Source: an uncultured bacterium (GTDB lineage Bacteria; Patescibacteriota; Minisyncoccia; UBA6257; GWB1-50-10). From it: 64,000 nt of DNA. Location: positions 26,175 to 90,174 of the forward strand of contig CAIKKG010000001.1 in the NCBI GenBank assembly GCA_903827975.1, read 5' to 3'. Shown here one piece after another: positions 20,136 to 30,415 of this stretch. Position 1 is the first letter of the stretch, and each line of letters opens with the position of its first letter. Below the pieces are notes generated by a model. It saw nothing but the letters and a program-made list of their open reading frames with translations. It ran no database searches and was not told the DNA's origin. A program made the position numbers and the translations under genes.

Positions 20136-20936
20136 ATGCCACATTTTTCTGAACCAAATGAAATGCTTACACCTTCTAAGCGAAAGATAAGAAGGCGTCA
20201 TCTAATTATTTTTTGGTCAATATTTTTGACGTCAGTTTTTATTATTAGTGCGACCGTTTATTTTGTATTTTTTTCCCAAATAATCAAGGTTCAAAAATTC
20301 TCAATAGACGGCAATAGGGTAGTGGGGAGAAGCGAACTTGAGGAACTGATAATAAAGAAACTTAATTCAAGGGGGTGGTTCGTAAGAAAAATAGGTGAGA
20401 ATAATATTTTATATTGGTTTGGGGTTAAGGAGATTAGGGATTCGGGAATTGCTGCAGCAGATGAGGTCCTTGTTCATACAAATCTAACAGACAGAACCGT
20501 AGCAGTTGAAATAAAAGAAAGGGTATTTGCTGGTATCTGGTGTGGGGATAGCTGTTTCGGATTCGACTCTAATGGGGTTGCATACTTTTTAGCGCCAGAT
20601 ACAGAGGGTTCACTAATACTAAAGATTAAGGATGAAAATAATGTGGGCCTAACTCTTGGACAACCAGTAATAGCAGACGAAAAAGTTCTTAGTAATATAT
20701 TTAAGACAATTGCAATAATAAAAGAAAACAATATTTTAATTGATGGGGTTACAATAAAGGACGCTACACTTCGTGAGTGGGAGCTAAAGAGCACGAAGGG
20801 AACGCAGTTTAAATTTAGTCTCGACTTTGTTCCTGATAAGTTAAAGAGCGTTATTGATAATCTCAAAGGTAGGACAAAACTAGAGGCATTAAATTATATA
20901 GATTTTAGGGTACAGAACAGGGTCTACTTTAAGTAA
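20136..20936 (+). CDS. ftsQ: FtsQ/DivIB-like cell division protein
   Basis: Basic N-terminus plus TM, POTRA-like IDGNRVV, VEIKER, C-terminal YIDFRVQNRVYFK. Confidence 0.75.
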   Translation: MPHFSEPNEMLTPSKRKIRRRHLIIFWSIFLTSVFIISATVYFVFFSQIIKVQKFSIDGNRVVGRSELEELIIKKLNSRGWFVRKIGENNILYWFGVKEIRDSGIAAADEVLVHTNLTDRTVAVEIKERVFAGIWCGDSCFGFDSNGVAYFLAPDTEGSLILKIKDENNVGLTLGQPVIADEKVLSNIFKTIAIIKENNILIDGVTIKDATLREWELKSTKGTQFKFSLDFVPDKLKSVIDNLKGRTKLEALNYIDFRVQNRVYFK

Positions 20937-20942
20937 TGTGTT

Positions 20943-21782
20943 ATGATTAATATATTGAAGTGGTTTAAGCAATACATTATGGATGAGAGAGGGGGCTTTA
21001 CATTAGTTGAGCTTCTTCTTTATGCTGTAATTTTTGCAATTAGTTCGGTATTTCTTGTAAATATTCTGACATCCATAACACAGACAGAGGTAAGACAGAA
21101 TTCAATAAATGGCGTGAGTCAGCAGGTATCATTTGTTGCAGACACAATTCAGCGCATTGTGCGTCAGTCTAGTCTTATAGAAAATCCTGCGGGGGTTGCA
21201 AGCACAACGCTCGCTCTTCGTATGACCTCAACCTCGACAGACAGAACATCTATTTATATGGATGCTTCTTCAACCGGAATATTTTTGAAGCAGATTGATG
21301 CGAATGGTATTACAAATATAGTTCCTCTTACAGATAGCAGTGTTACGGTCGGAAATTTTTCAGTTACTAAATTCGAACCTGCTGGTGGCCAGGCGATAGT
21401 TAGGGTTGATTTAACATTGAATTACAATACGGCCGTTGAACGCGCAAAGGTTGCGCGAACCTGGAGCGGTGCAATTTCAAGAATATCCGCGGCAACTTTT
21501 GATTCAACTCTCACACCTAACTCCACAAACACGTACGACCTTGGAGGCTCTGGGTATCAGTGGAAGAACGGGTTTTTTTCAGGGAATGTTTCCATATCTG
21601 GAAACATAGGTCTTGGTGGAGCGGATCCTGCAGCAACAACGGCAAAGATTAAATCGAGTGGAGATATTATGGTAACGAACTCAGCATCTGGACTAATACT
21701 CACAGCATCCAACGGTTCATGTTTTAGAATAGGTGTTAGTACTGCTGGAGCGCTAACAACCTCAACTGTATCCTGTCCGTAA
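20943..21782 (+). CDS. Type IV prepilin-like protein with C-terminal fibre-like module
   Basis: G|FTLVELLLY class III signal; likely start ATG 20979; C-terminal TPNSTNTYDLG..W motif. Confidence 0.8.
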   Translation: MINILKWFKQYIMDERGGFTLVELLLYAVIFAISSVFLVNILTSITQTEVRQNSINGVSQQVSFVADTIQRIVRQSSLIENPAGVASTTLALRMTSTSTDRTSIYMDASSTGIFLKQIDANGITNIVPLTDSSVTVGNFSVTKFEPAGGQAIVRVDLTLNYNTAVERAKVARTWSGAISRISAATFDSTLTPNSTNTYDLGGSGYQWKNGFFSGNVSISGNIGLGGADPAATTAKIKSSGDIMVTNSASGLILTASNGSCFRIGVSTAGALTTSTVSCP

Positions 21783-21794
21783 TAGAAGAAATAT

Positions 21795-21823
21795 AAAACC
21801 CCCGCATTACGCGGGGGGATTTT
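21795..21823. terminator. Bidirectional intrinsic terminator
   Basis: AAAACCCCCGC-ATTAC-GCGGGGGGATTTT between convergent genes. Confidence 0.7.
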
Positions 21824-22191
21824 CATTTAGTGAAGGCCCAGGCAACTAATCGAGAGCCAGATAGACTGAGGTTCGCAATCATTATCCCTGGGAGTAGTCC
21901 ACTAGCAGATTTTATCGATACGAATCCAATTATGCAAAATATGATGCCGAGAATTAATGATATGAATATGGCACCGAGTGAGATTATATCATCTGGTATA
22001 AGGCCGTCATCATTTATGTCGTAGACGGTAAAGAAGGCCTCAAGCCCGAAGAATATTGCGCCGAACGAAACTAAAAATATCGAGGCGGGACTTTGCATTT
22101 TCACAAAGGATGCAATAACGGCTGAAAGCATGCTTCCGGTCAAAAGCATAATCAGGGCTCCGAAGATCCTATTTTTCATGAACACGTGCAT
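21823..22191 (-). CDS. Small hypothetical membrane protein (about 4 TM)
   Basis: Hydrophobic ORF with AAGGAGGTG RBS and own TTGACA-17-TAATTT promoter (22218-22246). Confidence 0.75.
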   Translation of the reverse strand: MHVFMKNRIFGALIMLLTGSMLSAVIASFVKMQSPASIFLVSFGAIFFGLEAFFTVYDINDDGLIPDDIISLGAIFISLILGIIFCIIGFVSIKSASGLLPGIMIANLSLSGSRLVAWAFTK

Positions 22192-22256
22192 TTAACACCT
22201 CCTTAAGGGCTGGCAGTAAATTAAACCATTTTTACGGTATTGTCAATGTGAGACAT

Positions 22257-22292
22257 AAAAAATCCCCACACCATGATGCACAGTGTGGGATT
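22257..22292 (-). terminator. Terminator-like hairpin, repeat copy 1
   Basis: AAAAAATCCCCACACC..CAGTGTGGGATT; related to 22615-22653. Confidence 0.65.
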
Positions 22293-22295
22293 ATA

Positions 22296-22544
22296 TTATT
22301 TGCGCTCAAGTGATCTAAGTATTAGTAATGTAAAATATGCCACTACGGGCACCTCAGTCATACCAAGAAAGAAATTACTTGAGATAGCGCTTAATGTGAG
22401 ACCACCCAAAATTCCTGAGAAGATTGAGAATCCGATATTACGCTTATGCTCATTGAGGGTACCTCTTTTTTTGATAATGACTACCTCAGTAATGAAGAGA
22501 GCCAGGGCCAAAAAAGAGATTAGGAAAATGAGGAAATAAATCAT
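22296..22544 (-). CDS. Small hypothetical membrane protein
   Basis: Hydrophobic ORF with AGGAGGTG RBS and own TTGACA-17-TAATTT promoter (22575-22603). Confidence 0.7.
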   Translation of the reverse strand: MIYFLIFLISFLALALFITEVVIIKKRGTLNEHKRNIGFSIFSGILGGLTLSAISSNFFLGMTEVPVVAYFTLLILRSLERK

Positions 22545-22614
22545 GTAGCACCTCCTATTTAAGTTGCTAAAAATAAATTAAATTATATTTCAGATTCTGT
22601 CAATTAAGCGTGGT

Positions 22615-22653
22615 AAAAAAAGTCCCCACACCGCGCGTACGCAGTGTGGGGTT
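22615..22653 (-). terminator. Terminator-like hairpin, repeat copy 2
   Basis: AAAAAAAGTCCCCACACC..CAGTGTGGGGTT. Confidence 0.65.
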
Positions 22654-22660
22654 GTTACCT

Positions 22661-23014
22661 CTACCTCTGGTCAACTGCCTCAAGAATGATGAGGCAAACG
22701 AGGGCGATCAGCGGCGCGATGCCGAATAATACCCACGTTTCCTGAAAGAGGGCTAGGAGCCCGCCACTTAGGACGCCCAGCAGGCTGGCAACTAATACTG
22801 CCCAGCCTGTGCCTTCTTGCGGCCTCTCCTTCACGAAGGAGGCAGACTCAACCACGAAGCCGGCAAGGCCGACTCCAGCAACAACTGCCAGCCAGGCAGC
22901 TGTAAATACTGTGGCGTGCATCACCAACGCGACGCACCAGATTGCTAGTGCTGTCGAGAATAAAACTACGGCGGTGGTGGCCATTCTTACTTGCGTTGCA
23001 AGTGAGTAAAGCAT
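22661..23014 (-). CDS. Small hypothetical membrane protein (about 4 TM, GC-richer than flanks)
   Basis: Hydrophobic ORF with AAGGAG RBS and TTGACA-17-TTTAAT promoter (23072-23100). Confidence 0.75.
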   Translation of the reverse strand: MLYSLATQVRMATTAVVLFSTALAIWCVALVMHATVFTAAWLAVVAGVGLAGFVVESASFVKERPQEGTGWAVLVASLLGVLSGGLLALFQETWVLFGIAPLIALVCLIILEAVDQR

Positions 23015-23150
23015 TTTTCTTTCTCCTTTTTGGCGCAGATGCGCGTGGGTTGTTGTAAGGGAACTGGTATAATTAAAACCTATTTATGCCATTTTGTCAA
23101 TAGGATACTTTCCGCTTAAAATGACAATAATACGCGGGTAAAGTGCTAAT

Positions 23151-23186
23151 TTAGCACTTGACTCGCATGAGTGCTAATTCTATACT
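23151..23186 (+). promoter_or_regulatory. CIRCE operator overlapping the hrcA promoter
   Basis: TTAGCACTT-N9-GAGTGCTAA (23151-23177; consensus TTAGCACTC-N9-GAGTGCTAA); TTGACT-17-TATACT (23158-23186). Confidence 0.92.
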
Positions 23187-23194
23187 TTACTCTG

Positions 23195-23905
23195 ATGAAG
23201 GATCGTACACGAGAAATTCTTGAATTTGCAGTTAAAGATTTCATAAGGGTCGGGAAGCCGATTACGTCGGAATATCTTTATGAACTGCACAATTTTGGTA
23301 TTAAGCCAGCAATGATTCGTTGGGAACTTAATGATTTATCAGAAAACGGATTTTTCTTCCAGACACATCCGTCAGGTGGTAGGTTTCCAACTAATAAAGC
23401 ATATCAGTTTTTTGTGAATGAGCTTCTTTCAAGTGAGAATGATGAGCAGTCCGCGGGTAGTGATTTAACCGATAGTTTTTTTGAAAATAATACAAAGGTG
23501 ATGGTTCATAGAATATCAGAATATCTTGAGGGGTTGAGCGTTGGGTATGACCTCTACTCTCATGAGGTTTATGGAAGTGGGTTAAATGATTTGTTGTCAC
23601 ATCTTGAAACAAACGCAAAAGAAGAGTTAGTAAATGTTGTTAAGGATTTTGAAATGTTAGAGGAAAGACTTCAGAAGAAGAGTGACTGGTGGAAAGGCGA
23701 GGAATTATGGCCGCGCGTTTTTATAGGGGAGAGTCCTGTTACAAAAAGTGAACATCTTTCGGTTGTTGTCGGAAGATATTTTTGTGAGGGTAGGGATGTA
23801 TTACTTTTTTCAATTGGGCCAACTAGGATGGATTATAAAAAGTCAGTCAACCTATTCAAAACATTTACAAAGTCGCGAACAGAAAAGCAGAAGAAACAAA
23901 AATAA
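23195..23905 (+). CDS. hrcA: Heat-inducible transcription repressor HrcA (shortened)
   Basis: AMIRWEL..QTHPSGGRFPTNKAY wHTH, IGPTRMDY; CIRCE upstream, grpE-dnaK downstream. Confidence 0.9.
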   Translation: MKDRTREILEFAVKDFIRVGKPITSEYLYELHNFGIKPAMIRWELNDLSENGFFFQTHPSGGRFPTNKAYQFFVNELLSSENDEQSAGSDLTDSFFENNTKVMVHRISEYLEGLSVGYDLYSHEVYGSGLNDLLSHLETNAKEELVNVVKDFEMLEERLQKKSDWWKGEELWPRVFIGESPVTKSEHLSVVVGRYFCEGRDVLLFSIGPTRMDYKKSVNLFKTFTKSRTEKQKKQK

Positions 23906-23907
23906 TT

Positions 23908-24411
23908 ATGGATGAAGAAATAAAAAAAGAAGAAGAGGTGGTTATAGAAGAAACAGAGTTGGATAGGTGTAGTAAAGAGAGGGAAGAGTATTTAGATGGA
24001 TGGAGAAGGGCGAAAGCCGACCTCATAAATTTTAAAAAGGAGGAGGCCGGAAGATTAGCTGGGTTTCTGAAAAACGGGAATGAGAATATCATAAAGGATC
24101 TTATTACAGTACTGGATAGTTTTGAGCTTGGAATTGCAGCAACAACAGAAGTAAATCCAGAAGTAATGAAGGGAATGATACTGATTAAAAATCAACTTGA
24201 AGACGCACTAAGAAGGCATGGAACAGAAAAACTAGAGGTTAAAAAGGGGGAGATGTTTGACCCCGCACGCCACGAAGCAATAGGAGAGATGCACTCAGAG
24301 TATCCAGATGGTTCAGTAGTGGAGGAGGTGGAGGGTGGGTATCTGCTCTACAATAAAGTAATAAGAGCATCAAAGGTTAGACTTTCAAAAGGCGAAATAA
24401 ATAATAAATAA
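23908..24411 (+). CDS. grpE: Nucleotide exchange factor GrpE
   Basis: RAKADLINFKK, FDPARHEAI, GYLLYNKVIRASKV. Confidence 0.95.
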   Translation: MDEEIKKEEEVVIEETELDRCSKEREEYLDGWRRAKADLINFKKEEAGRLAGFLKNGNENIIKDLITVLDSFELGIAATTEVNPEVMKGMILIKNQLEDALRRHGTEKLEVKKGEMFDPARHEAIGEMHSEYPDGSVVEEVEGGYLLYNKVIRASKVRLSKGEINNK

Positions 24412-24421
24412 TTAAAAAAAT

Positions 24422-26317
24422 ATGGCAAAAATTTTAGGAATTGATCTCGGTACAACAAATTCAGCAATGTCAGTAATGGACGGTGGAGAGCCTACGGTAT
24501 TAGAAAATCAGGAGGGGAATAGAACAACACCATCTATTGTCGCGATGAGTAAGACGAATGAACGTCTCTCTGGGCTTTTAGCAAAGCGTCAGGCTGTTGT
24601 TAATCCAAAGAATACAATATTCTCAGTTAAGCGCTTAATAGGAAGAAAGTTTAGTGATGTGGAGGTTCAGCGCGACAGTAAATGGCTTCCGTACGAGATT
24701 AAGGAATCTGCGTCGGGGGGCGTAGACGTAAAAATGGGTGATAGGTGGTACACACCAGAAGAAATCTCATCAATGATTTTGCAGAAGCTTAAGGCTGATG
24801 CGGAGGCAAAGTTGGGTGAGAAAATAGATGAGGTAGTTATTACAGTGCCTGCCTATTTTGATGATAGCGAGAGACAGGCAACAAAAAACGCTGGTGAGAT
24901 TGCCGGATTCAAAGTGCGTCGAATTATCAATGAGCCGACTGCGGCTGCATTCGCATACGGAGCAAATAAAATGAAGAATGAGAAGATTGCAGTTTATGAT
25001 TTCGGTGGTGGCACATTTGATATTTCAGTTTTAGAAATTGGATATGATGCGGAGTCAAAAGAACAGACGGTTGAGGTTCGCGCGACTGGTGGAGATACAC
25101 ATCTCGGCGGTGATGATCTTGATAAGCGCGTAATCGATTATTTGGTCTCCGAATATAAGAAGCAGGAAGGAATAGATGTATCAAAGGATCCTCTTGCTAC
25201 GCAAAGATTAAAAGAGGCTGCGGAGCGCGCAAAGCATGAGCTCTCAACATCTCTCGAGACTGAGATTAACATTCCGTATATTACTTCAGATGCTACAGGG
25301 CCGAAGCACTTCCTAATAAAACTTACCCGCGCAAAATTAGAAGATCTTGTGCGCGATCTTATTGACCGCTCCATAGAACTTGTTAAAGAGGCGGTTACAG
25401 CGCAAGCCCCAAAGGGTGCTGGTATGAAACTAGAGGATATAAATGAGATTCTACTTGTTGGCGGACAGACAAGAATGCCAGCGATTCAGGAGGCTGTTAA
25501 AAATTTATTTGGTAAGGAGCCCCACAAAGGAATTAATCCTGATGAAGTAGTTGCAATGGGAGCATCAATTCAAGCGGGCATTCTTCAGGGAGATGTAAAA
25601 GACATTCTTCTTCTTGATGTGACTCCATTATCTCTTAGCATTGAAACCATGGGTGGCGTTGCTACGCCGATGATTCAGAAGAATACAACAATGCCTACGG
25701 CAAAGACTCAGGTCTTCTCAACGGCGGCAGACAATCAGACCTCAGTAGAGATTCATATTGGTCAGGGAGAGCGACCAATGATGGCGGATAACAAAACACT
25801 CGCACGTTTTATTTTGGATGGAATTCCACCATCTCCACGCGGAATGCCGCAAGTTGAGGTTACATTTGATATTGATGCAAATGGAATTTTGAGTGTTTCT
25901 GCAAAAGATAAAGCATCTGGAAAATCACAATCAGTAAAGATTGAGGCATCAACAAGTCTTAATAAAGAAGAGATTGAAAGATTGAAGCAGGAGGCTGCAG
26001 CGCATGCAGCAGAAGATGAGAAGCGTCGAATAATTATTGAGATAAAAAATCAGGCGGAATCTATGATTTACGTTTCTGAAAAAGGAGTTCGCGATGCTGG
26101 AGAAAAGGTACCAGCCGAATTAAAAGAGAGTATAGAAAAGAAAATTGCTACACTAAAGGAGGTAAAAGAAAAAGATGATGCGGATGCAATTAAAAATGCA
26201 ACGCAGGATCTTTCTGCAGAGCTTCAAAAGATCGGCGAAATAATGTATAAAGATAATAAGGAGACACCTGCCGCAGGTGAGCCAAAAGATGCGGGCGAGG
26301 AACAGGGGACACAATAA
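24422..26317 (+). CDS. dnaK: Chaperone DnaK (Hsp70)
   Basis: [35 protein letters not shown]. Confidence 0.98.
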   Translation: MAKILGIDLGTTNSAMSVMDGGEPTVLENQEGNRTTPSIVAMSKTNERLSGLLAKRQAVVNPKNTIFSVKRLIGRKFSDVEVQRDSKWLPYEIKESASGGVDVKMGDRWYTPEEISSMILQKLKADAEAKLGEKIDEVVITVPAYFDDSERQATKNAGEIAGFKVRRIINEPTAAAFAYGANKMKNEKIAVYDFGGGTFDISVLEIGYDAESKEQTVEVRATGGDTHLGGDDLDKRVIDYLVSEYKKQEGIDVSKDPLATQRLKEAAERAKHELSTSLETEINIPYITSDATGPKHFLIKLTRAKLEDLVRDLIDRSIELVKEAVTAQAPKGAGMKLEDINEILLVGGQTRMPAIQEAVKNLFGKEPHKGINPDEVVAMGASIQAGILQGDVKDILLLDVTPLSLSIETMGGVATPMIQKNTTMPTAKTQVFSTAADNQTSVEIHIGQGERPMMADNKTLARFILDGIPPSPRGMPQVEVTFDIDANGILSVSAKDKASGKSQSVKIEASTSLNKEEIERLKQEAAAHAAEDEKRRIIIEIKNQAESMIYVSEKGVRDAGEKVPAELKESIEKKIATLKEVKEKDDADAIKNATQDLSAELQKIGEIMYKDNKETPAAGEPKDAGEEQGTQ

Positions 26318-26318
26318 A

Positions 26319-27362
26319 ATGAATTTTAACGAGACATCAATAGATAGACAATCAAAAGTAGAGGAGGTTGATTTTAGTGCTCTAAAAATATTGATACTCA
26401 CGTTTCTTTCTGTCGCAGCCAGCATGGCAATGATATATGAGTTCAGCGCATTCTCAATATCATTAAATTATTTGTCTTTGTGGCTCGGACTTTCAGCACT
26501 CTTCATATTTACAGTCCTAAACATATTGAATGCATTCTTTATCAAGCACATTTCTATGTTAGCTGGAATTGCATTTCTTGAAACATGTCTTCCTATCGTG
26601 TTTTATCCTAATCAGATATTTTCTATAAACATGGTTGGATTTCTATTGTTTTTTGCATTTGTATTGTACGGATTACTCGCAGGCCGAAATCATTTGATGA
26701 ACAGTATAAAGATTAGGTTCTTTTCAGTTGTAAGCTTAATAACACCAAAGATAGTTACTGGCGCATTAATTTGCATGAGTATGCTATTTTTTACGAACTG
26801 CCTCTCTTATGGAAATGGAGTCTGCACTGAAAGCTTTGGTAAGAGTATCGTGAATAATGCATTAGATGCGTCGACACCAATTGTTAATATTTGGATTCCA
26901 GGTGTTTCGGCTGATCAGACAGTAAGCGATTTTTTTAACAGTTTTGCAATTTCCCAAATGAGCAAGGTAAAACTTGGAGATGGATTTCCTGAAAATATTA
27001 ACCTAAGTACCGGCATTTCTGAAATTCCTAAATTATTGCGTGAAAAAATAATAAATAAATTTTCAAGCGATATAAGGAGTGCGTTTGAACAAACGACTGG
27101 ACCATTAGACTCAAATAAAAGTGTTAAGAGCGAGGTATTCAGAATTATCTCGGAATATGTGAAGAAGTTTTCAGATAAAACAAAGGCAATAGCATCTATT
27201 GGTCTAGCCGTTCTAATTTTCTTTTCACTTAAAGGAATTGCATTCCTAACTTATTGGTTGGTAAATCTGGTCGCGTTTCTAGTATATAAACTATTAATTG
27301 CAGCTAATTTTGCCGTAGTTAATTATGAAACACGAAACAGAGAGTTTGTAATTCTACCGTAA
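26319..27362 (+). CDS. Hypothetical multi-pass membrane protein inside the dnaK operon
   Basis: Several hydrophobic segments; ATG 2 nt after the dnaK stop and stop 3 nt before dnaJ. Confidence 0.75.
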   Translation: MNFNETSIDRQSKVEEVDFSALKILILTFLSVAASMAMIYEFSAFSISLNYLSLWLGLSALFIFTVLNILNAFFIKHISMLAGIAFLETCLPIVFYPNQIFSINMVGFLLFFAFVLYGLLAGRNHLMNSIKIRFFSVVSLITPKIVTGALICMSMLFFTNCLSYGNGVCTESFGKSIVNNALDASTPIVNIWIPGVSADQTVSDFFNSFAISQMSKVKLGDGFPENINLSTGISEIPKLLREKIINKFSSDIRSAFEQTTGPLDSNKSVKSEVFRIISEYVKKFSDKTKAIASIGLAVLIFFSLKGIAFLTYWLVNLVAFLVYKLLIAANFAVVNYETRNREFVILP

Positions 27363-27365
27363 ATA

Positions 27366-28478
27366 ATGGCAAAAGATTTCTACTCAACCTTAGGCGTTTT
27401 AAAAAACGCCTCAGAGGAAGATATAAAAAAAGCATATCGCAAATTAGCACATCAATTTCACCCAGATAAGCCTGGTGGTGATGAGGCAAAGTTTAAGGAG
27501 GTCAATGAGGCCTACCAGGTTTTGTCGCACAAAGAAAAGCGTGCTCAGTACGATCGTTTTGGTCGCGTGTCTGATGCACCAAATGGTGGTGGTGCGCAGG
27601 GTTGGGATGGATTTAATGGGTTTGGAGGAAATGGCGCGCAGTGGAATGTGAATTTTGGAGAGGATATGGGAGACCTCGGTGATATTTTTGAAACATTTTT
27701 TGGTGGCGGTATGGGAGGCGTTGCACAGAAGCCCGCACATAAGAGAGGTGCAAACATTGAGGCACATGAGCGCATAACCCTTGAGGAGGCCTTTAGTGGT
27801 ACAAAGAGGGTACTTAGATTTGAAACATATGTTGATTGTCCACAATGTAAGGGAATCGGATATGAAAAAAGTAAGGGCGTAACAAAGTGTGTAAAATGTA
27901 ACGGAAAGGGAGAGACGCAGGAAGAACGAAGAACTGTATTCGGCAGTTTTGTACAAAAAAAGGTTTGCACAGAGTGTAGGGGAAGGGGTGAAGTACCAAA
28001 AGAAAAATGTACTGAATGCAAAGGAAGTGGAAGAAAATTAAGCACACGCGAGGTGGACGTTGAGATTGCAAAGGGTGTGGAGGATGGTCAAGTTATTAAA
28101 ATAACGGGCATGGGTGAGGCTGGAGAGCTTGCAAGTGGCACTGGAGATTTGTATGTGGTAGTGCGTGTTAAGCCTCACACACATTTTGAGAGACACAAGG
28201 AAGATCTTATAACAGAGAAAGAAATTAAAGTTACTGAGGCGCTTTTGGGTAAGGAAATTGAAATGGTTGATATTGATGGAGAGAAATACAAAATACTTAT
28301 TCCAACGGGTTTTAATTTAAACGAACCATTGAGGGTTCCTGGACGCGGAATGCCAAAGTTTGGCATATTTGGTTCATCATCTCGCGGAAATCTACACGTT
28401 CGTCTTAATGCTAAACTTCCAAAATCACTTTCACACAAAGCTAAAAAGCTTTTAGAGGATCTCGATAAAGAGCTTTAG
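27366..28478 (+). CDS. dnaJ: Chaperone DnaJ
   Basis: J domain HPD, G/F region, four CxxCxGxG repeats. Confidence 0.97.
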   Translation: MAKDFYSTLGVLKNASEEDIKKAYRKLAHQFHPDKPGGDEAKFKEVNEAYQVLSHKEKRAQYDRFGRVSDAPNGGGAQGWDGFNGFGGNGAQWNVNFGEDMGDLGDIFETFFGGGMGGVAQKPAHKRGANIEAHERITLEEAFSGTKRVLRFETYVDCPQCKGIGYEKSKGVTKCVKCNGKGETQEERRTVFGSFVQKKVCTECRGRGEVPKEKCTECKGSGRKLSTREVDVEIAKGVEDGQVIKITGMGEAGELASGTGDLYVVVRVKPHTHFERHKEDLITEKEIKVTEALLGKEIEMVDIDGEKYKILIPTGFNLNEPLRVPGRGMPKFGIFGSSSRGNLHVRLNAKLPKSLSHKAKKLLEDLDKEL

Positions 28479-28521
28479 AGATTCGTTGACATTTCAGTGA
28501 GATTCGGTATTATATGTGAGC

Positions 28522-28622
28522 AATCCGTAGAAAGTAGGTGTCGAGATAAAATGACATAAGTCCTACCGAGGAGTAACCCTATTTTGGGCAAATCTCTCTG
28601 CGGCAAAGGTCGCGGTTTTTTA
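28522..28622 (+). promoter_or_regulatory. Ribosomal protein L10 leader (autoregulatory RNA)
   Basis: CCGTAGAAAGTAGG..CCTACCGAGG motif upstream of rplJ; promoter TTGACA 28486 / TATTAT 28508. Confidence 0.75.
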
Positions 28623-28674
28623 TTGGTCGCACAGCAATGTGAGAGCAGTAAAACGAGCCGGAAGTTAAAATGAT

Positions 28675-29166
28675 ATGAAAACAAAAGCACAAAAATTATC
28701 ACAAATAGAAGCAGGTGCAAAAGAACTTAAGACAAGTCAGACGGTGGTAATCACTGATTTCACAGGTCTTACAGCGAACGAGTTAAATGCGTTCCGTAAA
28801 GAAGTCTTTGCGCTTGGCGGTACAATGAGCGTTATTAAAAAACGTCTCTTGAAATATGTGTTTGAGAAAGAGGGAATAGAGTTTGATCCTAAACAATTTG
28901 AAGGCCAGACCGGTGTCGTATTTTCTCCAAAAGATATGGTGGAAACTGCGGGTACTGCGTATAAATTTTCAAAGCAAAATAAGCTTTTCAAAATTCTTGG
29001 CGGATATGAGGTTAGCGAGAAGAAGTTTGTTCCTGCGACTGAGGTTGTAATGATAGGACAGTTGCCTTCAAGAGAGGTTCTCTTGGGTCAGTTGGTCTAC
29101 ATGCTTGGCAGCCCAATTCGCTCATTTCTCTATGTATTAAGTGAAAAGTCGAAACAAACAAAATAA
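28675..29166 (+). CDS. rplJ: 50S ribosomal protein L10
   Basis: DFTGLTANELNAFR, LPSREVLLGQL; upstream of rplL. Confidence 0.93.
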   Translation: MKTKAQKLSQIEAGAKELKTSQTVVITDFTGLTANELNAFRKEVFALGGTMSVIKKRLLKYVFEKEGIEFDPKQFEGQTGVVFSPKDMVETAGTAYKFSKQNKLFKILGGYEVSEKKFVPATEVVMIGQLPSREVLLGQLVYMLGSPIRSFLYVLSEKSKQTK

Positions 29167-29172
29167 TTAACT

Positions 29173-29532
29173 ATGGAAAAATTTAACGATATTATCACAA
29201 AGGTTGAATCAATGTCTGTATTGGAACTTTCAGAATTGGTAAAAGCTTTGGAGGAGAAGTTTGGAGTATCTGCGGCTGCTATGGCAGTTGCCGGTCCTGC
29301 AGCAGCTGTTGCAGAAGAGAAGACATCTTGGGATGTAGTTCTCACAAGCGGCGGAGAGCAGAAAATCAACGTCATCAAAATCGTGAAGGAAGCAACTGGA
29401 TTGGGACTCAAGGAGTCAAAGGATCTAGTTGATGGAGCTCCGAAGGAGGTGAAGAAAGGATTGAAGAAGGAAGAGGCAGAAGAGTTGAAGAAGAAGCTCG
29501 AAGATGCAGGAGCAGTAGTAGAACTCAAGTAA
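29173..29532 (+). CDS. rplL: 50S ribosomal protein L7/L12
   Basis: [23 protein letters not shown]. Confidence 0.97.
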   Translation: MEKFNDIITKVESMSVLELSELVKALEEKFGVSAAAMAVAGPAAAVAEEKTSWDVVLTSGGEQKINVIKIVKEATGLGLKESKDLVDGAPKEVKKGLKKEEAEELKKKLEDAGAVVELK

Positions 29533-29543
29533 ATAGTTCTATT

Positions 29544-29571
29544 AAAAAACACCCCTCACGGGGTGTTTTTT
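29544..29571. terminator. Bidirectional intrinsic terminator
   Basis: AAAAAACACCCC-TCAC-GGGGTGTTTTTT. Confidence 0.8.
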
Positions 29572-29580
29572 GTTTGTAGA

Positions 29581-30270
29581 TTATTCAGTAGCCGGAAGAA
29601 ATTTACTAAAATATTTAAATATTAATTTCTCATACAAAATGTAGTAACCGAAATATCCCATTGCTACTCCTCCCAATAGACCAATGAATGTATGAAACTT
29701 CAGTAATACTGTGCCGGACACACCAAAAACAGCGAAGGGTAAAAACATCCAGAACAATGAGCGCCAGTGTTTATAAAGAAATAATGATATGAAGACCATT
29801 GGTATGACGTGTAGGCTAGGAAAATCGCCAAGAGGAGTACTTGATCCGTATAAATTTTGTAATACACGGAACATTCCGTCATTCATTATTACAGGATTAA
29901 AAGAGGTAATCATGACGCCATTAGCCGTAGTCGGAAAAACTAAGTAAATCGCGTAAGTAACAAAATATATAAATATCGCAGAAAAATAAAATGAAACTAG
30001 CTGTATCGTGCTAATTCTTCGATTGAAAGCGTAAAATATTCCCAAAATCGGAAGATAAAAAAGACAAAGAATATATGGGTAGATTATGTAGATATTGAAT
30101 GGTATCCAATCATCAACGAATGTTTTGAGTGAGACTGCTTCACGCAGAACACCTCCCAAATTACAAACCGCCTCATACTGTATCATTATCACCAATAGGA
30201 GAAATATAAGCGGAATGAGTAAAATAAGCTGGAACCAAATGCTATTATTGAGTTTTTTTGATAACCTCAT
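29581..30270 (-). CDS. PAP2-superfamily membrane protein (AUR1/IPC-synthase-like)
   Basis: DDWIPF, YLVFPT, DFPSLHV, TVLLKFH motifs; multiple TMs. Confidence 0.75.
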   Translation of the reverse strand: MRLSKKLNNSIWFQLILLIPLIFLLLVIMIQYEAVCNLGGVLREAVSLKTFVDDWIPFNIYIIYPYILCLFYLPILGIFYAFNRRISTIQLVSFYFSAIFIYFVTYAIYLVFPTTANGVMITSFNPVIMNDGMFRVLQNLYGSSTPLGDFPSLHVIPMVFISLFLYKHWRSLFWMFLPFAVFGVSGTVLLKFHTFIGLLGGVAMGYFGYYILYEKLIFKYFSKFLPATE

Positions 30271-30301
30271 TATATTTATGAGTTAATAATTTTTAGATTT
30301 G

Positions 30302-30375
30302 TGGGCAATACTGGATTCGAACCAGTGACCTTTGCAATGTGAATGCAACGCTCTAACCAACTGAGCTAATTGCCC
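30302..30375 (-). tRNA. tRNA-Val(CAC)
   Basis: Reverse complement GGGCAAT-TAGCTCAGTTGGTTAGAGC..TTGCA-TTCACAT-TGCAA..GGTTCGAATCC..ATTGCCCA. Confidence 0.95.
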
Positions 30376-30415
30376 TGTATGAATATTTATAACAGTCAAA
30401 ATATAAAAACGCAAT

